Source: an uncultured Solirubrobacteraceae bacterium
Lineage (GTDB): Bacteria; Actinomycetota; Thermoleophilia; Solirubrobacterales; Solirubrobacteraceae
Reading direction: 5' to 3'
NCBI GenBank assembly: GCA_964588985.1
Contig: CAZPQW010000016.1
Location: 15,452 to 79,451, forward strand
DNA: 64,000 nt
The notes beneath the pieces were generated by a model. The model searched no databases, was not told the origin of the DNA, and worked only from the letters and a program-made list of their open reading frames with translations. Positions within the stretch are counted from its first letter, which is position 1; each line of letters opens with the position of its first letter. Of the stretch, positions 48,214 to 58,500 are shown in pieces. The position numbers and the translations under genes were made by a program.

Positions 48214-48894
48214 GTGCGTCCCGTCGTGCTAGACACCAGCGTGATCCTGCCGGCGGTCATCTCCCCGAGGGGCTACCGCCGACGCTTCTGGGTGCTGCTG
48301 GCGTTCGGCGCACTCGCCGAACGACGCGACCTCGCCCGCCTGCAAGACGGAGCACCACGAGCTGGCGCACACGAGGCACTGCGCGGGCATGACATCGCCT
48401 CGCTGGCAGCACAGGCGGAAGCCAGATATCAGCGCCTCCGTGACGCCCTGCCGTCCAGCTGCCCCGATCACTGGCGACTCATCGGCTCGCGCCCTCTACT
48501 CGCCGAGTACGAGCGCAAGCTGCACGAGATCGGGCCGAGACTCGATCCCGACCTCCGCCCCACCGACATCGAAACGATCAGACGACAGATCGAGGCAGTG
48601 TGCGTGGACATGACCGACGACTTCGACCCCGAGCTGATCCCGACCTACACGGCCGACCGCAAAGACGACCCCGTAATCCACACAGCTCTGCTCGCCGACG
48701 CCACATGGCTGATCGCCGACGACAAGAGGCACATCTCCACCGACCCCACGGGGATCACCGAGTACCAGCTACCCGGAACGACTCATCGCGTGAGCGCGCT
48801 CACCTTCAGCAGCTTCCTCAACCAGCTCACCGAAGTGGATCTCGACGACATCGACCCGAGCCTGATCCAGTCGGCGTTCGCGCCAATCCGCTAA
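48214..48894 (+). CDS. PIN-domain protein (putative VapC-like toxin)
   Basis: VVLDTSV, LAEY, DRKDDPVIHTA, LIADDKRH. Confidence 0.82.
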   Translation: MRPVVLDTSVILPAVISPRGYRRRFWVLLAFGALAERRDLARLQDGAPRAGAHEALRGHDIASLAAQAEARYQRLRDALPSSCPDHWRLIGSRPLLAEYERKLHEIGPRLDPDLRPTDIETIRRQIEAVCVDMTDDFDPELIPTYTADRKDDPVIHTALLADATWLIADDKRHISTDPTGITEYQLPGTTHRVSALTFSSFLNQLTEVDLDDIDPSLIQSAFAPIR

Positions 48895-49284
48895 ACCGAT
48901 CTACGAAGCTACGGCTTCAAAGGTGTTGAACGAGATGACGAAGGCGACGCCTGGCGCGCATACAAGCTCCTTCAGATACCGCTCCCGTGGGATGTCTTTA
49001 CCGAGCGCAGCCGGAACCTGCTGAACAGGGTGAGCGATCCTCGCTTGCCAGCCACACGGGTCGAGACGCGAGACCCGAGTTCGTGGGCTGGTTCGGTTGT
49101 GCCACGGTACGAACAGCTACGCGATCAGTACGCAACCTGGGAGGCCAACCCAGACAAAAAGCTCGCATCCGCCGGCGAACAGGGCGTAGCCCGCTTCAAT
49201 CGACTCATTGCGAGAGAACGAGAGCGCGAGGCCAGTGAAGACGACGATTGGAAATGGCTCCGCCCCGTAGCCCGGGTGTCCTGA
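48895..49284 (+). pseudogene. Orphan 3' remnant of a larger gene
   Basis: Open for 129 codons directly after the PIN stop, no convincing start/RBS; SWAGSVVPRYE...EREREASED tail. Confidence 0.45.
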
Positions 49285-49353
49285 GACGTCTTGGTCAGTC
49301 GTGAGTACACCGCGTCGCACAAGCGGCAACGCACGCCGGGTGGCCATTGCCGC

Positions 49354-50238
49354 CTACGAAAGTGCGCGCTCGGCTTCGGCAGCCAGGCGTCCCACGGAGT
49401 TCGCCGACGCGGAGCTGCCAGCCCGCGCGATTTCGGTGATAGCCTGCTTTATCTGAGCCGCTTCTCGGCCGAGTCGCGTTTCTCCTGACGCTCCAAGGAC
49501 AAGAAAGTAACCGTGCACGAGCGTCGCAATATTCTGGACATCGCCATCGTCTGCGTTGCCACGTCTCCACCATTGGCATAGGTTCTCCCACGCCACGACA
49601 ATACGGTCGTCGGTAAGGTAGTCGGCTACGTCATTGACGAGAGTGTCTCGTACCTTGTCGAGAACCCCCGCCATGACCTCGCGAGGCGGGCTCTTGCCTG
49701 CGCTTCTGATAGCGAACATGTCGGTTCCAAGCTGGAAGAAGGCCAGCAGATCGTCTCCCGCGAACTGAAGCAGGGCCATGATACGGCCCCGGGTGACGTC
49801 GTGCTTGGCTGGCTGGGCCTCGCGCGCGATGTCAACTAGCCCGCGACTGATGCCAATCGACTCCCCGGTAGCGATCATTGCCTCGACGTCTCGGTCCGTA
49901 GTGGCACCGCGAGCCGCTGCTGCTTGAAAGTTGTAAGAGAACTCACCCAAGCGGTAGGCGGCCCTGCACCGCGCCGCTATTTCCCGCCGCAAATCGTCGA
50001 GCCTTCGGCGATCTGACGTCGTCGTGATCTCGGCGAAAGCCACCCCGATACCACCAGCCAGCAGCGCGCCAGCGACCAGATTCCTTGCATCCTGGCCGAG
50101 ATACACTAGCTCGTAAACGAACACGCCCGCACCCACCGACAGCACTGCGAGTGCCAGGTTATACAGCCGAATGTGCTTTCGCGTAGACCAGCGTTGGATG
50201 GTCGCTAGACGCTGGCGGACAGTCGCGATGTAACCCAT
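49354..50238 (-). CDS. Hypothetical 2-TM protein with helical C-terminal domain
   Basis: Two hydrophobic segments near the N-terminus; 294-aa ORF. Confidence 0.75.
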   Translation of the reverse strand: MGYIATVRQRLATIQRWSTRKHIRLYNLALAVLSVGAGVFVYELVYLGQDARNLVAGALLAGGIGVAFAEITTTSDRRRLDDLRREIAARCRAAYRLGEFSYNFQAAAARGATTDRDVEAMIATGESIGISRGLVDIAREAQPAKHDVTRGRIMALLQFAGDDLLAFFQLGTDMFAIRSAGKSPPREVMAGVLDKVRDTLVNDVADYLTDDRIVVAWENLCQWWRRGNADDGDVQNIATLVHGYFLVLGASGETRLGREAAQIKQAITEIARAGSSASANSVGRLAAEAERALS

Positions 50239-50343
50239 GGGTAGATCCTAGGCCATGTACGTTCGTGTCAATACGTCGCACAATCGGCGATGTAAGCCAC
50301 TCGGGAGCCAAGACGTAGTGCCATCAGCGCGCGACGCCCTTCG

Positions 50344-50898
50344 CTATGCGCCAAACAAGTCAGCTCGCCGCTGGGAGCTGACAGTGATCCAGTTTTCACT
50401 CGCGATCATTTGAGCCTCGTAAGCGGCCACGCCCTCGATCCCCGGTGTATATGCCACTCGCACCGTCTCATCCGCGCGCAGCGAGATCAAGCCAACTCTT
50501 TGCCCATGAATGTACTCATAGATTTCGAATGAACCAGCAAGACACGTGTAGATGTCGTCAGCTGACTTTGTGATGTCCACGCTGTTTGAGCCTCGCGCAT
50601 AGAATTCCCACGGCCCTTTGCATGTACCGACCAACCAGCAGCTGGTTCGATACTTTCCGTTCGGCGGCCGCAGAATCGCCCCCCAGACCTCCCCGCCGTA
50701 TACCAAGACCTCTCCCTCGTCCGTCATCTCGACGGCGAAGTTAGACTCAGGCCCGAATTTGTATTGGCTACCGTCGTCTGACCTAACTTCAGCTACGCCA
50801 CTATCGTTTGTAGTGTACAACGTGCCGGCCGTCAGCTTGATACCAGGCTCCAAAGCTGGCTCGAGTCCCGACGCCTTAGTCAGTATGTAAGCGGGCAT
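50344..50898 (-). CDS. Soluble FecR-like beta-domain protein
   Basis: GGAGG RBS; L.AG.LYTT..SG.AEV...DGS....GPES resembles the FecR repeat start; no signal peptide. Confidence 0.65.
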   Translation of the reverse strand: MPAYILTKASGLEPALEPGIKLTAGTLYTTNDSGVAEVRSDDGSQYKFGPESNFAVEMTDEGEVLVYGGEVWGAILRPPNGKYRTSCWLVGTCKGPWEFYARGSNSVDITKSADDIYTCLAGSFEIYEYIHGQRVGLISLRADETVRVAYTPGIEGVAAYEAQMIASENWITVSSQRRADLFGA

Positions 50899-51024
50899 AT
50901 GTATCCTCCGTTTAGATGTGAAGCGGCGATAAAGACAGGATGCAGCCTACCCAGCGATTGCCCCAATGCACTACGACGTTGGATCGCATAACCAAGTATT
51001 CGCTGTTCTTCGGGCGGGATTGGC

Positions 51025-53154
51025 TCAAGAGTGGGCGCCAGGCTCTTCCTCATTGAGCGGTTCGCAAACCTGCTCCTTCTTGTCATCAGCGAGGGGAGCG
51101 TGTGGCTTCTCCGCGACGTACGTCAAGAAGTCTGCATCAGCGCTATACCAATTGGGATCAGTCGCGACAGCCTTCGGAGAGCTCGACTCAAGGTCAGCGT
51201 ACACACGCACCTTGTGAAATCCCGCGTCCATGAGAATCTGAGCAAGCTGTCCCTTTCTGAATGGATACATCCGAAGCGCACCGACCTCGCGTCTATCAAG
51301 CTCTTCGAGCAATTGCGGAGTAAGAACCTCGACTGATCGAAGCTGATGGTCGAAGCTATAGTCGCTCGCGTAGTAGCGAAACGTCACACCATCCTCGGCA
51401 ATTGTCTTCGGGCAAGCCCGTATTTGATCACCGCAGTACATGACCCGGTTATGGTAGGGAAAATGGCGGACTGGATTACGCAAGATGGTTTGCACGTCAT
51501 CGGGATCCATGAAATGTGCAAAGTTCCGCTCATCGATGACAATTCGTCCTCCAGGACGAAGTACATCGTAAAATGCATCCATTACGCGTTTCTGCTGCTC
51601 GACGCTAGTGACTAGACACAGTGAATTGCCGAGTACAAGCATCGTGTCGAAGAAGTGCCCGAACTGTGCTGGAAAGTGACGCCAGTCGTGCGTATACACA
51701 GGAACCCGACGACGTCCTACCTTCTCGCCGATAATTCTTCGGTAAACGGGCTCAATCTCATTAAGGCTTATGTCGTAACCGTGTTCGGCCAGCCAGAGCC
51801 CATCGGTACCAATGCCTGCCGCGGCATCTAGAATTGCGCCTCCACGATTCGGGCGCAAAATCGAATCGAAAAACGGGCCGAGTTTCTCCATCCGGATGTC
51901 GGGATTCATGAAACTCTCCCAAGCGAGGCAGAGGGGTTTATGAAAGATCTCTGGAACTGCTGCTTTGAGGGGCAGTGCCATCGCTTCCGGCGTTTCATCG
52001 CCGCTAGCGAGTCCATCCTTAATCACGTGAATTAACTCCGTACACTGATCGTACCAGTTATCACCGGGAAATACCATCCAGAGATGTACTGTTTGCGGCT
52101 CCTCACTCTCGCAGAAAAGGAGCGCATACTGGTCGTACCAAACAGCGACATCCACGGTGGGCAGCGGCTCGCCACCAATACGCTCGGCGACGATACCTAT
52201 CGCACGGTCCGCCTGCGCTCGATCCATGTGCCAAAGCTGGACGTTGAATTCTTCGTGCCAATCGAGGAAGCGACCGTATCCAGTCTCGTAGTGGTCTATG
52301 TAGTCGTCACGGAAGCGATCATGAGCACCGATTAGGATTCGTGTGTTAGGCGGAGCTGTGCCGTGTCGCGAGAGCATCTGACCGTGAGCGCGAAGATAGT
52401 TAGGATAGATCGCGACGAACTGGCTTGGAAGATGGCTATCGGTACCGTCATATCGCCCTTCGCCAAAAGCGAAACTTTGCTCAGTCCAGAACCGAACCTC
52501 AGCGATATCCAGCTCTGCGCCTTCTTGTGAAAGTATGGCCTTAATTTGAATATCGAGGCGGCCAAGATGGCGGTTAACAAACGCCAACAGTGTCCCACGC
52601 ACCGGCCCCTGGGCCGATGCGGCAATTAGATAGAGATTCCTCACGAGGGTGCCAACCATCAGGTTCGTAACCTGGGACACTAGAAGATAAGAGACAAGCA
52701 AGATGGCGATTGCGAGAGGCACTTCGCCTCCCAATCCGGAGACTTGCACGTGGAATGCCTTGGAGATGCCGATCAATCCAACAGCGGCAAGGCCAGTCGC
52801 GATGCCATCAACAAGGAGAGGACCGTTTGCACGCATTCGGAGCCACCATGCGGCGATACGCGGGAGCAACCGCGTGTGCAAAACGCGGACGATAATGCGC
52901 TGAGAGACAAAATAGGTGATGACGAACGCTATACCGCCAATTACGAAGTCGCTGTCCTGGAAGAGGCGTCGCGTTTGCGTGTGCACGAATGCGAGGACCC
53001 CATAGGCAGCTCCGGCCCCAATGAGCAGTTGAACAAACTCTCGTCGTGCCAAGACGTGCAAGCGCGTGGTTACTCCGCTCCACGCGTTCCTCAAGAACGC
53101 TTCAGCAGGTTCGAGTCTCCGGAGCGCCTCCTGGGGATGATTTTGATCTGGCAC
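51025..53154 (-). CDS. 4-TM + uncharacterised domain + class I SAM methyltransferase (glycine/sarcosine N-methyltransferase-like)
   Basis: ILDAAAGIG, DWR, FDTMLVLGNSL, FYDVLRPGGRIVIDERNF, MYCG, FRY, MYPFRK. GTG start inferred. Confidence 0.8.
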   Translation of the reverse strand: MPDQNHPQEALRRLEPAEAFLRNAWSGVTTRLHVLARREFVQLLIGAGAAYGVLAFVHTQTRRLFQDSDFVIGGIAFVITYFVSQRIIVRVLHTRLLPRIAAWWLRMRANGPLLVDGIATGLAAVGLIGISKAFHVQVSGLGGEVPLAIAILLVSYLLVSQVTNLMVGTLVRNLYLIAASAQGPVRGTLLAFVNRHLGRLDIQIKAILSQEGAELDIAEVRFWTEQSFAFGEGRYDGTDSHLPSQFVAIYPNYLRAHGQMLSRHGTAPPNTRILIGAHDRFRDDYIDHYETGYGRFLDWHEEFNVQLWHMDRAQADRAIGIVAERIGGEPLPTVDVAVWYDQYALLFCESEEPQTVHLWMVFPGDNWYDQCTELIHVIKDGLASGDETPEAMALPLKAAVPEIFHKPLCLAWESFMNPDIRMEKLGPFFDSILRPNRGGAILDAAAGIGTDGLWLAEHGYDISLNEIEPVYRRIIGEKVGRRRVPVYTHDWRHFPAQFGHFFDTMLVLGNSLCLVTSVEQQKRVMDAFYDVLRPGGRIVIDERNFAHFMDPDDVQTILRNPVRHFPYHNRVMYCGDQIRACPKTIAEDGVTFRYYASDYSFDHQLRSVEVLTPQLLEELDRREVGALRMYPFRKGQLAQILMDAGFHKVRVYADLESSSPKAVATDPNWYSADADFLTYVAEKPHAPLADDKKEQVCEPLNEEEPGAHS

Positions 53155-53234
53155 GCGCGGGAGGGTACCATCCAGCGCGCCCGATAGATGGGCGAGTTCG
53201 GGATGATGGAGTCGGGGGCGATGGTGCGTGCTGG

Positions 53235-53658
53235 ATGCGTCGCATCGGCGAACTCCTTGAGCTGCACAAGGCGGCGTGTCCGAGAACGTGATGCGCCGCA
53301 CGACCAAGCGCATCGAAACCGAGGAAACCACACTCAACGACCTGCTGAGCCGCTCGAAGGTCTCGAAGACATCCACAGTCGCTGGAGGACGCACTGACCC
53401 TCACCGAGAAGCCGCTCGAAAGCTACCTGGAGGCAAGCGATCTCGGGCGACGCGTCCTCAACCAATTCTTCTACAGCGAGATCCGCGTCGGAGAGGACGC
53501 GTCACCGAGGCAACCATCGAGAAGCCCTACGAGCGCATCATCGCGCGACGCCTGGTCCGCCGCCGCCCCGAGAACTGCCCGCCCGTCCAGCAGCGCTGCA
53601 CCCAGCCAACCCCCGACCCCTTTTCTTTGAGACCGGGGTTTGACCGCGAACGAAATGA
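53235..53658 (+). pseudogene. Frameshifted C-terminal remnant of a large serine recombinase
   Basis: Pieces across frames: LLELHK; RIETEE..LNDLL; LEDALTL..PLESYLEASDLGRRVLNQFFYSEIRV; EKPYERI. Ends at the att fragment. Confidence 0.55.
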
Positions 53659-53702
<44 letters not shown>

Positions 53703-53842
53703 AGCCTCACCCCTGATTTACTGGACCGTAAACCAGCATTTTAGCGGGACTTTTGTCGAGTCGCTAGGGTTCGATCGAGCTGGTTGGGGAGAAAACGCGG
53801 GAGAAAAAACGTCCGCACGAGGCGCTATCGTTTGCGGTACGA

Positions 53843-55006
53843 ATGAGCCCTGTAACGGCACCTCCAATCGCCTCCGTCTCCGGCCACGTCAAACGCCGCG
53901 TCGGGAAGCGACGCACGACTTGGTACGCGAAGTGGCGCGACGCGACGGGCGAGCAGTTCGAACGCAAGATCGGGCTCGACTGGACCGAGAAGGGACCAGC
54001 ACCGCCAGGCTTCCTGCGAGACAAGGACGCTACGGCAGCGCTCGAGGCGATCCTCACCGACGCTCGACGCGGCGCCCTGGAGCAGACCCGAACCGGACTG
54101 ACCACGACGATGCTCGCCGAGGACTGGATCGCCTACGGCATCCACGAGCGCGACTGGAAGCCCTCAACACTCTCGGACAACCGCTCCGTCGTAAAAGCGC
54201 ACATCAAGCCGACTTTTGGCTCGCGGCGGCCCGAGAAGATCACCGCCGAGCAGATCGAGGATTGGCGCGACGAGCTCGTTGAGGAGCATGGCGTCAGCAG
54301 GCGCACGGCCAACAAGGCGCTCGTCATCCTCGGCGCGATTCTCGAGCGTGGCCGCAAGCACGGCCTGGTGACCAACGTGGCGCGGGAGGTTCCCAAGCTC
54401 CGCGATCGCTACGACCCCAACGACTACGACTTCTTCTCGCCCGCGGAGATCCAGAAGCTCGCCGGCGCCACCGAGTCAGACCAGGACGGCGCGATCTTCC
54501 GCGTGGCAGCGTTCACGGGCCTTCGGATGGGCGAGCTGATCGCCCTACGCTGGCGCGACGTCGACTTCGACGGCGAGTCCCTGCACGTCTACGGCTCCTA
54601 CTCACTCGGCGAGCTGACCACACCAAAGTCCGGGCTCACGCGCACAGTCCCGATGGCCGAGCAGGTCATCGCTACGCTCAAGGCCCAAAAGCGTCGCCTC
54701 GCCGACACCGGCCGCGAGAGCCTCGTCTTCCCCGGCACACGCGGCGTATACCTCGATGGGTCGGCCCTACGCCGTCGCTACAAGAAGGCGCTCACCAGCG
54801 CGAAGCTGCGCCCGCTGCGCTTCCACGATCTACGCCACACCTTCGGCTCGATCGCCATCAGCGAGGCCACCATCATCCAGGTCCAAGCATGGATGGGCCA
54901 TGCCGACGTACAGACCACGATGAAGTACATGCACCACCGCAGCCGCGCAGACGACGCCAAACTCCTCTCAGCGGCGTTCCGTTCTAAACGCTCACATCTG
55001 GCATGA
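53843..55006 (+). CDS. Tyrosine recombinase/integrase
   Basis: TGLRMGELIALRW, TPKSG, FHDLRHTF, MGHAD..TTMKY. Confidence 0.96.
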   Translation: MSPVTAPPIASVSGHVKRRVGKRRTTWYAKWRDATGEQFERKIGLDWTEKGPAPPGFLRDKDATAALEAILTDARRGALEQTRTGLTTTMLAEDWIAYGIHERDWKPSTLSDNRSVVKAHIKPTFGSRRPEKITAEQIEDWRDELVEEHGVSRRTANKALVILGAILERGRKHGLVTNVAREVPKLRDRYDPNDYDFFSPAEIQKLAGATESDQDGAIFRVAAFTGLRMGELIALRWRDVDFDGESLHVYGSYSLGELTTPKSGLTRTVPMAEQVIATLKAQKRRLADTGRESLVFPGTRGVYLDGSALRRRYKKALTSAKLRPLRFHDLRHTFGSIAISEATIIQVQAWMGHADVQTTMKYMHHRSRADDAKLLSAAFRSKRSHLA

Positions 55007-55150
55007 TCATCGGGTGCAGGCCGAGGACTGTTCCGGTGCTTTGTTGACTTGCTCGATCGGGAGGTCTTCTGGCCCGTAGATTGTAGTTGTCGTCCCGTCG
55101 GCCATCAAACCACGGGGCCCCCTGCTTGGCTGCCTTCTGCCAGCACAGGC
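55007..55150 (-). pseudogene. Degenerate RHS-core fragment
   Basis: YGPEDLPIEQV matches YGPNGLPIEQI of the RHS gene; shared 11-mers TGCTCGATCGG and TGGCCCGTAGA (55050-55080 vs 56337-56367). Confidence 0.7.
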
Positions 55151-55306
55151 CGGTCGCTCGACGCTGAGCGCCCCGAACCCGAACAGCAGCATCGTCACGC
55201 TCTCTTCGGCAGCCAGCTTCTCAGGGTTGCGGAAGTTCGTCTCGATGCCATTAGCCACTATCGAGGAAGTCGAAACGGTAGATGAAGCTAAGGCCTCAAC
55301 GACTCG

Positions 55307-55549
55307 CTACTTCTCGTCCTCCGCGAGCGTTTCTGACACACAGTTCTTCCAGTCCCCGAGTGCTGCGGGATCCACTGAACTACCGTCGACCTCAAGTTCA
55401 ACGTCACCGACTAGCGTCCTTACCGGCCCCGAACCGCTCGTGCGATCAAAGTACCCGGACAAGAACTTGGCCATCGCACGAAACCCCTGGCTGGCCGTGA
55501 GCGTCACTCCGTCCAAGTCTGAGAGCTTGACAGGCTCCTGCGTTGTCAT
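55307..55549 (-). CDS. Putative immunity protein for the RHS toxin
   Basis: 80-aa acidic ORF 15 bp after the toxin stop, with AAGGAG RBS. Confidence 0.7.
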   Translation of the reverse strand: MTTQEPVKLSDLDGVTLTASQGFRAMAKFLSGYFDRTSGSGPVRTLVGDVELEVDGSSVDPAALGDWKNCVSETLAEDEK

Positions 55550-55564
55550 CTTGCCCTCTCCCTT

Positions 55565-58500
55565 TCAAGGCAATGGCACATTATTGACACCTCCGTTTGT
55601 GATAGCTCCTTCAAACACCTTTGCCCACACCTGCGTTCCGTTCGGAAGCGTCTCGCGATAGAGGGTCTCACCACCTCCGCCGGTTCGGACGTAGTTCACG
55701 GACTTCACAACGCCTTCAATAAGCGCCCGGTTCTCCGGCGTATCCTCAGCGAGATGGCCTGCCGCATCGCGGAAGATGTGCTCGGTAGCACTCTCGGCGA
55801 TCCTCGCTCCGTCCGCGCCGATCTCGGCCTCGCCCTCGCCGGGGATGAGGACTGCGGTGGCGAGTCCTGTGTATCCGCCGGCTTGGTAGGCGCTGGAGCA
55901 GGTGTTGACGTTGTCGTTGCCGAGTTGTTCGCGGACCCATTTTGTGCCGCCGAATGTGATGGTGTCGCCCCATCCGGCGATCCCTTCGCCGACTTCTTCA
56001 AAGAAACCGAGCCCAGTAGGGTCAGCGTGATTGATCGGGTTGTCGCCTGCGTAGTTGTAGCGTTCGTGGGTGATCGCCGCGAGCGGATCGACGCTGAGGA
56101 ATTGCACCGTCTTGGGGTCGTAGACCCTTGCGCGCATGTAGATGAGTCCGGTGTCGGTTGAGGTCAGCTGGGCGTCGTAGCCGAGTGGTGCCATCGCGGT
56201 GCCGGTGTGCCCGGTCTGGTTGCCGTAGGCGTCGTAGGTAAACGACGCTTCTTTCGCCCCAGTGGTTTTGGTCATCAGCCGTGTGCTGCCTTGCTGGTCG
56301 TGGTGGAGGTAGAGCACCGTCCCTCCGCTTGATATCTGCTCGATCGGTAGCCCATTTGGCCCGTAGACGTAGCTGTTGAGGCCGCCCGTGAGGAGCAGAG
56401 GCAGTGGTGCGCTCGCGTCCCATACGAAGTAGGTCGTGATTCCGGAGATTGTTTGGGAGGCTCTCATGCTGTTGCCGTCGTAGGCGTAGGTGTCTTTGAT
56501 GGCGGTAGTTTCGCCTTCAGCGGGTCTTTCTACTGATATCAGGTTCCCGGCTTGGTCATAGCCATATGTTGTAGCGGGGCCTGGTGTCGGCGTGGTCTTC
56601 GTGCGTTGGCCTGAGCTGTTGTATTCGTATTTCAGGCTCGGGCCGGTTTCGATCTCGTCGGCTTTGTCGTAGGTGTAGCTGCCGGTCCCGATTTTGATGG
56701 GGTTGTTCCCGCCGCCGTACTGGTAGCTGGTTCCTGCGCCTTTGGTGAGCCGGCTGTCGGTGTCGTATTCGTTCGCTGGTTTTTCTTCTCCGGGTAGCCC
56801 TTTCGAGGTGGCTTCTTTGACCTGTCCGTTGTTGTCGCGGGTGTAGGCAAGCGACGCGAGTGTTTCCGCGCCCTTCATCATCTTGATTTCACTCACGCGG
56901 TCCGCTTCGTCGTAGGTGTATTTGTCTTCGTTGCTTGTCCCGGACGGGAAGGTCGTGGTGGCCTGGTCGGAGTCGGGGTCGTAGGAGAATTTGGTGGCGT
57001 TCCCGAGCCAGTCGGTGGTCTTGCTAAGGCGACCCGTTTTGTCGTATTCGCGAGTAACGGCTTTGCTGCTGGGATACGTGATCTTGGTTGGCTCGTTGGC
57101 TAGGTCGTATTCGTAGCTGACTTTTTCGCTGTGCTCGTTCTGGGCTTCGGTGAGCCTGTCCAGTTCGTCGTATTTGTAGGTTGTTTCGCCTGTCCCGTCG
57201 GTCATGTGAGTCAGCTTGTCGTCACCGTTGTATTCGTATTTGACGGCTGGTGTTTTTCCATCGGAGTACGTGACTTCTTTCGGCCTGTTTGCCGGGTCGT
57301 AGGTGTAGGTCGTGGTGCGCGCGGCGGGGTCCGTTACCGTTTTGAGGTTTCCGGCCGGGTCGTATTCCTTTTTGGTTTTCCGTTCCTTAGCGTCGATGAC
57401 TTCGGTGACTTGCTCAAGCAGGTTGCGCACGTATTTGGTGACGTGTTTATCGCCATCGGTTTGGCTCGTGATCTGCCCTTCGCTGTCGTACCCGGTTTCT
57501 GTGGTGTTGCCTTTCGGCTCTTCGGTGATCGTCAGCTCGTTGTCCGCGTCATAGGTGTATTTCGTTTTGTTGGTGTTCGGGTCGGTCAGCGTTTCGAGGT
57601 TGCCGTTGGCGTCGTAGGCGTATTTCGTGATGTGCCCGAGCGGGTCGGTGATCTTGATCGCGCGGCCCTGCGCATCGAGTTCGAACGTGGTCGTGTATTT
57701 GCTCGGTTCGCCACCTTCGACGTTGCCTCGTGGGCTGACCGTCGAGGTCTCCTGCGAGTCTTCGTTATACGCCCAGGTGCGCTTGTCGCCTTCAGGGTCC
57801 GTTTCGCCTGACTTGTCGCCCTTGCTGTCGTATTCGAATTTCGTGACGTGTTTGAGCGGGTCTTCCACGCTTTCCAGATCACCATTCGCGGCGTATTTGG
57901 ATTTCGTGGCTTGTGTTGTCGCGCCCGGTGCTGGACGTTCGATGACTTCGGGGTTGCCGTGCGTGTCGCGTTTGGTTGTCGTCGTCTCGCCATCGGGGGT
58001 CGTGTGCGTCAACACGTCATGCGTCGTGTTGTAAGTCCATTTCGTTTCGTTACCGTTCGCATCCTTTTCGCTGATGCGATCGCCAGCCGTGTTATACGTG
58101 TATTTCGTGATGTGGCTGTTCGGGTCGGTAACCGAGACTAGATTTTCGCCTTCGCCGTATTTCATTGTGGTCGTGACTTCCGAGCCCGTACCCGATGCGT
58201 GCGTGACGCTCGTGGGCTGATACACCACATTGAACTTCTCAACGGTCGTGGAGCCGTTCGGTTCGGTGATTGTCGTTTCGGGGTTCCCAGCTTCTTTTCC
58301 GTAGCTCCATTTCCGTACTCGCCCGAGCGCGTCTTTTTGTTTGACGACCCGATGGGCCGCGTTGTATTCGGTGCTCACGACATTCCCGCGCCCGTCGATC
58401 ATTTCCGTCATTTCGTGCCCAGCATTGTATTTGAACCGCCAACGCGGGCTCGATTCGCCGGGCTCGGTGACACTCGCGAGGTTTTTCGATTCATAACCGT

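Larger units (their letters stand above)
47912..53658. mobile_element. Decayed genomic island adjoining the tRNA-Arg att fragment
   Basis: Lower GC, TA-like pair, gene remnants, recombinase remnant at the right end. Left boundary not identified (may include 46227-47702). Confidence 0.55.
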
